The notes beneath the pieces are model-generated. The model saw only the letters and a list, made by a program, of their open reading frames with translations, was not told the origin of the DNA and made no database searches. Both the position numbers and the translations under genes were made by a program. Shown in pieces: positions 7,239 to 12,693 of a stretch of DNA of 12,693 nucleotides (position 1 is the stretch's first letter; each line of letters opens with the position of its first letter). Origin of the DNA: Promethearchaeota archaeon (GTDB taxonomy: Archaea; Asgardarchaeota; Lokiarchaeia; Sigyniarchaeales; SOKP01); NCBI GenBank assembly GCA_004524535.1, contig SDNY01000104.1:1-12693 (forward strand), given 5' to 3'.

Positions 7239-9491
7239 TTGGAACTTATATATGAAAGACACTTTGGAAAGGCAATTGATAAAGAGATCTTTTCTAAGCT
7301 TGTTTTAGATTTAAAAGAAGATGCTTTAAGTAAGAAAACCTTGGGGAGCGTTCATTCTTACGATTATATTAAATATAGAATAACTTATACTTTAGATCAT
7401 GAACATGATTTGATGTATCTTTTTATAACGGGTTTAGCAGATAACCCCGAATCAGTTCAAAATGAGTTATTAAGGTGCAGAAGAGAATTTTTAAATCTGT
7501 TTGGAGATATTATTCAGAATAAAGTGGATCCTAAAACTTTTAATGTATTTGACGCCACTGTGGATATGATACATCGCAATTTAAGACCTAAAATTTCATT
7601 AGTAGGTTTTTCCGGAGTTGGAAAAACAACCATTACGAGGCTAATTAGAGCAGATGAAATTCCTGTAAAGCATATTCCTACGATTACCGGGGATATTGTA
7701 ACTGTAAAAATTGGAAAATTACATTTTCATTTATGGGATTTTGCAGGGCAGGAGCAATTTAGCTATTTGTGGAATAATTTTGTGAAAGGTAGCGATGCTG
7801 TGCTTTTAATAACAGATTCTTCAATTGAAAATGTAGAAAAAAGTAGATTTTTCTTAGAATTAATAAAGGATGAAGCGCCATACGCTAAGGCTGCCATAAT
7901 CGGCAATAAACAAGATTTATCAGAAGCATTAAAACCTGAACAAATAGAAAACATTTTGGGATTAAAAACATATTCAATGATCGCCAAAGATGCTGAAAAT
8001 CGTGATAAAATGATTCAAATAATAGCCGATATCTTAGAGATGAAAGCTGAGATTTCGGTTTTATTAAAGCCTTTATTCCAGAGAGACACATTTATACAAG
8101 AAGCTATGAAAGCACTTGAAAATAATAATTTCTATAACGCAATGTTATTTTTTCAAGAAATTTCTGATTTATGTATTGAATTAGGAGACGATTCAGTTGG
8201 TCGTGAATTTTACGAGAAGGCAGAAAAAATAAGAATAATGTTGAAAGAGCCAGAAATTCCGGAAGTGCCTCAAGAACCTCAAGTAGAGGTAATTACAGAG
8301 GAACCTAAAGCAATAACACCTCAAGCGCCACCAACTCAAAAACTTCAAATAGATGTAATTACAGAGGAACCTAAAGCAATAACACCTCAAGCTCCACCAA
8401 CTCAAAAACTTCAAATAGATGTAATTACAGAGGACCCTAAAGAAATAACACCTCAACCTCCACCAACTCAAGATGATCTATTAGGGCAGTTCCAAGAAGA
8501 ATTAAGCCTATCTGAAATTCTAAAAAAAGACAAACAAACGAAAAAGAAAAAATCAGTAAGAAGGGATTTATTCGATGCTCTTTTCATACCAGAAGACCTT
8601 CCAACACCTACCGAGGAGAAAAAACCGAAAAAAGAAAAAATTTCTAAAAAACCGAAAAAGGTTAAGAAACCTAAAAAACCGAAAAAGGCTAAGAAAGAAA
8701 AAATTCCTGAAGAAGAACCTATAACATTAAAAGTAGAAAAACCATCATTCTTAAAATCCAAAGAATTTAAAGAATCTCAACCACAAGAATCTCAACCAAA
8801 AGAAAGTCAACCAAAAGTACCACAACCACAAGCACCTCAACCACAAGTACCACAACCACAAGTACTTCGCCCACAAGTATCACAACCACAAGCACCTCAA
8901 ATATCAAGCAAACCCCAAATTAAAATAAATCCAGAGGATTTTAAAATTAAAAAAAGACCAAAGACTCTTTTAGAAGTACAAGAGTTAGAAGTTCAAGAGG
9001 TTGCTAAATCAAAATTGAAAACATCTCCTTTTGGAGTTGTCACGAATCCTGATAATATTCAACCACAAAAAACACAACAACCAACTCCAAAGAAGCCAGC
9101 TTCAGTCCCAATTAAAGCAGCAAATGCTAACGTCTCAGCTAAACTTGTTAAGCCGAAGATACCAAAAGCTCCTAAAATTGCTATAGAAAAAATTAAACCA
9201 AAAGCTCCTATTTCTCAGGGTTCTGAACCAATAGCTCAGAAATCAGAACCAGCTCCTTCTATTGAATTGCCTAAAGGAGGAAACAAAAAACAGTTAGAAA
9301 ATTCTTTAATGCAGCTTAAAATAAAAAAAACAAAACTTCAAGAAATGGCATTAGATTTTGACATGAAAGAACTTGCTGGAGAAATTACTGAGGGAGAGCT
9401 TAAAGAGAAAAAGATGCAATTAATGCTTATAGAAAAAAAAACAGATAATGAAATTCAGCAGATTCAGAATATGATTAACAAGCTAGGTTAA
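7239..9491 (+). CDS. Multidomain Arf-like small GTPase: longin-like N-domain, GTPase, TPR/MIT-like helical hairpin, Pro/Gln/Lys-rich disordered region and C-terminal coiled coil (true start possibly ATA at 7209)
   Basis: G1 GFSGVGKTT (7605-7631), G2 PTI, G3 WDFAGQ (7734-7751), G4 NKQD (7905-7916, Arf-type NKQDL) and G5-like MIAK. About 115 N-terminal residues have a longin-like alpha/beta pattern, and the tail is low-complexity. Confidence 0.88.
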   Translation: MELIYERHFGKAIDKEIFSKLVLDLKEDALSKKTLGSVHSYDYIKYRITYTLDHEHDLMYLFITGLADNPESVQNELLRCRREFLNLFGDIIQNKVDPKTFNVFDATVDMIHRNLRPKISLVGFSGVGKTTITRLIRADEIPVKHIPTITGDIVTVKIGKLHFHLWDFAGQEQFSYLWNNFVKGSDAVLLITDSSIENVEKSRFFLELIKDEAPYAKAAIIGNKQDLSEALKPEQIENILGLKTYSMIAKDAENRDKMIQIIADILEMKAEISVLLKPLFQRDTFIQEAMKALENNNFYNAMLFFQEISDLCIELGDDSVGREFYEKAEKIRIMLKEPEIPEVPQEPQVEVITEEPKAITPQAPPTQKLQIDVITEEPKAITPQAPPTQKLQIDVITEDPKEITPQPPPTQDDLLGQFQEELSLSEILKKDKQTKKKKSVRRDLFDALFIPEDLPTPTEEKKPKKEKISKKPKKVKKPKKPKKAKKEKIPEEEPITLKVEKPSFLKSKEFKESQPQESQPKESQPKVPQPQAPQPQVPQPQVLRPQVSQPQAPQISSKPQIKINPEDFKIKKRPKTLLEVQELEVQEVAKSKLKTSPFGVVTNPDNIQPQKTQQPTPKKPASVPIKAANANVSAKLVKPKIPKAPKIAIEKIKPKAPISQGSEPIAQKSEPAPSIELPKGGNKKQLENSLMQLKIKKTKLQEMALDFDMKELAGEITEGELKEKKMQLMLIEKKTDNEIQQIQNMINKLG
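8289..8471 (+). repeat. 66-bp in-frame tandem repeat (about 2.8 copies), unit VITEEPKAITPQAPPTQKLQID
   Basis: Copies start at 8289, 8355 and 8421 (GTAATTACAGAGGA...). Copies 1 and 2 differ at one synonymous base (GCG/GCT). Copy 3 is diverged and partial. Confidence 0.95.
8772..8900 (+). repeat. 15-bp in-frame tandem repeat (about 8.6 copies) encoding xxQPQ/K pentapeptides
   Basis: Translates as ESQPQ ESQPK ESQPK VPQPQ APQPQ VPQPQ VLRPQ VSQPQ APQ, with a CAACCA(C/A)AA core at 15-bp period. Confidence 0.9.
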
Positions 9492-9517
9492 CGAAAATGC
9501 CTAGCTATAAAACTATA

Positions 9518-10390
9518 TTAAATAAAATCTTTTAAATATTTTTCTGGAACATTTGCTTCACCAATTTTTATTCCTTTTTTACCTCCATGGTAATCTGATC
9601 CGCCAGATTTAATTAAATTAAACTTTTCAGCAAGTTTTCTGTAAAAAACGGGCAAATATTTTTGTGCCCACTCTGCCTTTTCTGTATTATAAAAAGGTCT
9701 ATTTTTAGAATAAGTATATTCGATTTCGATTCCCTTAATTCCTGCATTTACACAAAATTCAATAAATCTAGACCGGTTAGAAACTTTGTAAATCCCTGGA
9801 TGAGCTATAATTGGAATTCCCCCCGCAGAATTGATTAATTCAATGCTTTCTTCGAAATTTAACTCATATTCCCGATCCACATAAGCAGTGCCCCCTAAAC
9901 TTATCATTTTAAATAAATCATTTTTAGTTTTTCCTTTAATTTTATCAGGATTATTTTTTATCATTATTTCAACAATATGAGGGCGTCCTACTATATCACT
10001 TCCCGCAATAGATTTCACTTCTTCATATGTTATATTATAACCCAGTTCTTCTTTAAGTCTATTACAGATCTGTTCTTTTTGCATTAAACGTCCATCCTTC
10101 TGTTTTTTAAGAGTATTTATTAATTTTGTGGAATTATAATCAATATTTAAACCCACAATATGAACATCTTCTATTTCTCTTTCTGGTTCGTGTCTTATAG
10201 AGAGCTCAATGCCAGGTAGAACGATAATATCCTTATCTTCTCCATATGAGAGAAATTCTTTAACTCCCTCAATATTGTCATGGTCTGTTAATGCTATAGC
10301 TTTAATTTTAAGAGCTAGCGCTTTGTCTATTAATTGAGATGGTGAGTCAGATCCATCCGATTTATTAGAATGTAAGTGTAAATCTATCAT
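9518..10390 (-). CDS. PHP-domain metal-dependent phosphoesterase (TrpH/YciV-like)
   Basis: Motifs DLHLHSNKSDG, ALTDHD, GIELS, VHIVG, GRPH, AHP, GIE and GGSDYHG. Confidence 0.93.
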   Translation of the reverse strand: MIDLHLHSNKSDGSDSPSQLIDKALALKIKAIALTDHDNIEGVKEFLSYGEDKDIIVLPGIELSIRHEPEREIEDVHIVGLNIDYNSTKLINTLKKQKDGRLMQKEQICNRLKEELGYNITYEEVKSIAGSDIVGRPHIVEIMIKNNPDKIKGKTKNDLFKMISLGGTAYVDREYELNFEESIELINSAGGIPIIAHPGIYKVSNRSRFIEFCVNAGIKGIEIEYTYSKNRPFYNTEKAEWAQKYLPVFYRKLAEKFNLIKSGGSDYHGGKKGIKIGEANVPEKYLKDFI

Positions 10391-10417
10391 TTGACTTTAT
10401 AAATGATCGCTATATTA

Positions 10418-10454
10418 TTAAGAAATCTTATTAATGATATAAAAGATTTCTTAA
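10418..10454. repeat. Perfect 12-bp inverted repeat just downstream of tnpB (element-end hairpin, terminator or operator)
   Basis: TTAAGAAATCTT (10418-10429), 13-nt loop, AAGATTTCTTAA (10443-10454). It begins 8 nt after the tnpB stop codon. Confidence 0.8.
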
Positions 10455-10760
10455 CCTTCGAATTATTTATAAAGATTGGTAATTTCTATAAAATTCCAAA
10501 ATTTATAATAATTTTCAATTTTTCCCTCAGAGGAAAGACCAACCGTAAGGTTATCGGGTTGTTCGCTCGTCACCAAGTTCAAGACATCCTTCACTAATAA
10601 TGATATTTTCATAATTTCCGAAGTCTTGAAGGAAGTTATCCCGCTATGCTTGAGAAGATCGTGAATTTGAGACCATTCATAGTAGGGACTGCCCTTTTTC
10701 AAACGGGGCTCTATCATCTCCCCGACTTGTGAGAGCAACCGCTTATAAATGGCAGGAATT
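10430..10760 (-). ncRNA. Candidate omega-RNA overlapping the 3' end of tnpB
   Basis: TnpB omega-RNAs characteristically derive from the 3' end of the gene/right end of the element. This stretch is locally GC-rich (32/60 GC at 10681-10740) and has short stems at 10704-10724, 10684-10695 and 10541-10552. Limits are a guess. Confidence 0.35.
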
Positions 10761-12022
10761 GATTCCTTAAATCCTAAACCTCTTCGAGCGATCACATAAC
10801 TTGCCAATACGTGAGTAGATAAGTTATATGAGCGTGAATATTTATATTTGCCAATTAAAGAAGTATAGTGTGGGTGTACCTTTCTAATCGCAATACCTCT
10901 TTTTATGCATTTTCGTTCTAATAAGTCTAATGCGGTAGTTTTAAGATTACTTAACTTTCTATTATGTTTTTTGTTATAGGAGAATTCTTGATCAAAGGCT
11001 AAATCTTCAATCACTAATCCTTTATTCTTGTTGATACAATAATCAATAACTTTCTCCATTTTATAACTAATATAGTTCTCTCGAGCATTTTTTCTTAGTG
11101 TGTGCAGATTTCGAAATGATATTTCATGATAACTCTTTAAATTACCTTTTTTATCAATATTGGAAAGGGAGACAAAATTATAATTAAAATCAAGACCGAT
11201 TGCCCCTTTTTCAAAATTGTAGCGTAATTCAGCTTCGGGAATATCATAAGAAATATGAGCAAAATAGCGTAATTCTCCTTTTATCACCTTTCGCTTAATA
11301 GTTCCCATATATTTCTCAGCAGTAAGAATTTCCCTATACCATTTTTCTTGTGAAATATTAACCGTAAATGGGACATATAGGTATTTTTTCTCTTTCTCTT
11401 TATGAAAAGTCTTGATTCTAACTGTATGATTGGATAAAACTTTAATATTAAGGTTTACTACACCGTATTGTTTCTTTCCTTCACAGCTAAATGAAGCATC
11501 CCGTTTTAGCTTAAATTCCTCCTTGCTTATATTCCCTTTTATTCTTTCTCTAAACCATTGTTTCGTTCCAAATATGACAGGCTTAAGTTTTAAATTATTG
11601 AATGTATTCTGAATGGACGATAATCGAGCATAAAGTCCTCTTAATCGTCTATCTCTTTTATTTATAGATTTTATAAAGTCAATTTTATTCTTGATTTCTT
11701 TTATTTGGTTCTTCATGTAATTTTTTCTTTTTTTCAACCATGTAGCCTGTTGTTTTAATCTTGTTTGATTATCCCTCTTGATCGTGTTCACATAAGGATT
11801 ATTTCTACAGATTTCCATTAATTTCGCATGAATCTTGCTGTCTAATCCATCCTTCGCATGCTTATTTTTAGAAAAGAAAACCTCTCTCTTTTCAAATAAC
11901 ATTTTATATCCGATTCGCCTTACTCTATTATAGATTGTGAAGATCTCATGGAGTTTTCTTTCCTGTGAGGGTGTCGGATGCAACCGAAAGATTATTGTTT
12001 GTGTGTTCCCTTTATCTTTCAA
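10463..12022 (-). CDS. tnpB: TnpB-related RuvC protein (IS200/IS605/IS607 accessory family, Zn-finger-less clade)
   Basis: N-terminal FRLHPTPSQERKL (OrfB HTH-like), a coiled-coil insert, VIFG, RuvC-I AIGLDFN, RuvC-II LVIEDL, and VHPHYTSLIGKYKY..LSTHVLASYVIARRGLG. The start is placed at TTG 12022 (AGGTGA 4 nt upstream) rather than 12064. Confidence 0.88.
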   Translation of the reverse strand: MKDKGNTQTIIFRLHPTPSQERKLHEIFTIYNRVRRIGYKMLFEKREVFFSKNKHAKDGLDSKIHAKLMEICRNNPYVNTIKRDNQTRLKQQATWLKKRKNYMKNQIKEIKNKIDFIKSINKRDRRLRGLYARLSSIQNTFNNLKLKPVIFGTKQWFRERIKGNISKEEFKLKRDASFSCEGKKQYGVVNLNIKVLSNHTVRIKTFHKEKEKKYLYVPFTVNISQEKWYREILTAEKYMGTIKRKVIKGELRYFAHISYDIPEAELRYNFEKGAIGLDFNYNFVSLSNIDKKGNLKSYHEISFRNLHTLRKNARENYISYKMEKVIDYCINKNKGLVIEDLAFDQEFSYNKKHNRKLSNLKTTALDLLERKCIKRGIAIRKVHPHYTSLIGKYKYSRSYNLSTHVLASYVIARRGLGFKESIPAIYKRLLSQVGEMIEPRLKKGSPYYEWSQIHDLLKHSGITSFKTSEIMKISLLVKDVLNLVTSEQPDNLTVGLSSEGKIENYYKFWNFIEITNLYK

Positions 12023-12026
12023 AAAT

Positions 12027-12061
12027 TCACCTAATAATGATATAAAATAAAAGTATTTAAA
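12027..12061 (-). promoter_or_regulatory. tnpB promoter and RBS: TATA box TTTAAATA (12061-12054) and Shine-Dalgarno AGGTGA (12032-12027)
   Basis: The minus strand reads TTTAAATACTTTTATTTTATATCATTATTAGGTGAATTT-TTG. Spacing fits an archaeal promoter with a very short leader. Confidence 0.65.
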
Positions 12062-12590
12062 CAAAAATTAAAAAAAAAGGAGTGAAACAATTTTTTTGAA
12101 TTTTATATGAATTTATAAGAATTTATAAAAACTCAACGAAATGTTGAAATAATATGGAAGACTTTTATCGCTTTAGGTTTTGAGAAAGTGAAAGGAAACA
12201 TAATTCATAACTAAACTTATAAAAAAAATTATCTTTATAATTGTTGATGCAAGTATTAAAGATATAGGCTTTTTCAATTAGAGGAATTGATTTCTTGCAT
12301 TAACCTTTCAATATTAATAAATTGATCGAAACAATATTAAAAATGTCAAAAAAATAAAACTAGGAGTTATTCAAAAAACTCTATGTTTTTATTGTAAGTT
12401 AAGATTTTTTCTATTATTAAATTAAAAATTTAATAATTAAAATACTCATTTATTTAAATAGATAAACCCGTTTGATATTTAAATAATCGATAGATTTATA
12501 TATTTAAATTCACGTTAGAATTATTGATAAAGGATATGAACGTGCAAAAAATTCATAGACCGGAAAAAAAACTTATTTATATAATTAAAA

Positions 12591-12627
12591 AAAATCTGAT
12601 TTATGCAAATTGCATTCATCAGATTTT
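12591..12627. promoter_or_regulatory. 37-bp near-perfect palindrome (operator or hairpin)
   Basis: AAAATCTGAT-TT-ATGCAAATTGCAT-TC-ATCAGATTTT: a 10-bp perfect outer arm and a 6-bp inner arm, about 60 bp upstream of the next gene start. Confidence 0.7.
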
Positions 12628-12673
12628 CGAATAAATTGCGAAATCTCCTTTAAATTAAACTCCTTTTAAAAAG

Positions 12674-12693
12674 GGAGGTGATTTTTTGAAAAA
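12674..12693 (+). promoter_or_regulatory. Strong Shine-Dalgarno GGAGGTGA and probable TTG start (12686) of a gene running off the window
   Basis: GGAGGTGA-TTTT-TTG-AAA has the same spacing as the tnpB start (AGGTGA-ATTT-TTG-AAA). Confidence 0.6.

Larger units (their letters stand above)
10418..12061 (-). mobile_element. Orphan tnpB module (IS1341-like non-autonomous or domesticated element); boundaries approximate
   Basis: tnpB without an adjacent Y1 or serine transposase ORF, with a downstream hairpin and 13-bp direct repeats on both flanks. Element ends are not demonstrated. Confidence 0.45.

Noticed and set aside
7763-8761. Antisense ORFs 7763-7987, 7885-8091, 8193-8471 and 8468-8761, including a repetitive W/C-rich peptide
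   Set aside because: They are mirror images of the GTPase and its repeats. The periodic Cys/Trp and Phe patterns arise from the sense-strand repeats.
8289-8900. Repeats as a CRISPR array
   Set aside because: The units are head-to-tail with no unique spacers, have lengths in multiples of 3, and lie in frame within a CDS.
10403-11612. ORFs 10403-10597(+) and 11430-11612(+)
   Set aside because: They are antisense to tnpB, with no Y1 (HUH) or serine-recombinase motifs.
12023-12064. N-terminal extension MFKYFYFISLLGEF of TnpB
   Set aside because: This stretch contains the TATA box and the AGGTGA SD, so TTG12022 is the better start.
12243-12304. Purine riboswitch
   Set aside because: The three-stem layout and ATATAGG loop are superficially similar, but the conserved UUUCUAC junction and the complementary CC loop for the kissing interaction are missing.
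10463-12685. A Cas12-type CRISPR system
   Set aside because: No repeat-spacer array with repeats of about 25-37 bp and no cas genes are visible. The 10-bp boxes at 25-bp period are too short. An array outside the window cannot be excluded.
12065-12685. Replication origin
   Set aside because: The region is AT-rich, but I see no ORB-like GTTCCAGTGGAAAC/G-string motifs and no cdc6/orc1 gene within the window.

Overview
This is a very AT-rich, gene-dense archaeal window. It is most consistent with an Asgard (Lokiarchaeia-like) chromosome, inferred from the roadblock plus longin/Arf-like GTPase genes, GGTGA-type ribosome-binding sites and TTTAAATA boxes. The left part (1-5823) is the end of a surface-glycan cluster: a GT4 glycosyltransferase truncated by the window edge, a SAM methyltransferase, an atypical kinase-fold protein, an NDP-sugar epimerase and a GT-C/AglB-like polytopic membrane protein. 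The middle (5816-10390) holds a UPF0280/ApbE-like gene, a divergent roadblock gene followed by a large GTPase (longin-like domain, Arf-like GTPase, helical hairpin, repeat-rich disordered tail, coiled coil), and a PHP phosphoesterase. The right part (10391-12693) holds an orphan TnpB-like RuvC gene with no Zn finger and no adjacent transposase, then about 620 bp of palindrome-rich non-coding DNA and the start of another gene at the window edge. The two most interesting leads are (1) a 15/16-nt sequence present both just downstream of tnpB, where an omega-RNA guide would lie, and in tnpB's own promoter, suggesting RNA-guided autoregulation or a boundary repeat, and (2) the roadblock plus multidomain GTPase module, which may start at a non-canonical ATA codon. 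All calls are from motif reading by eye; no searches were run.
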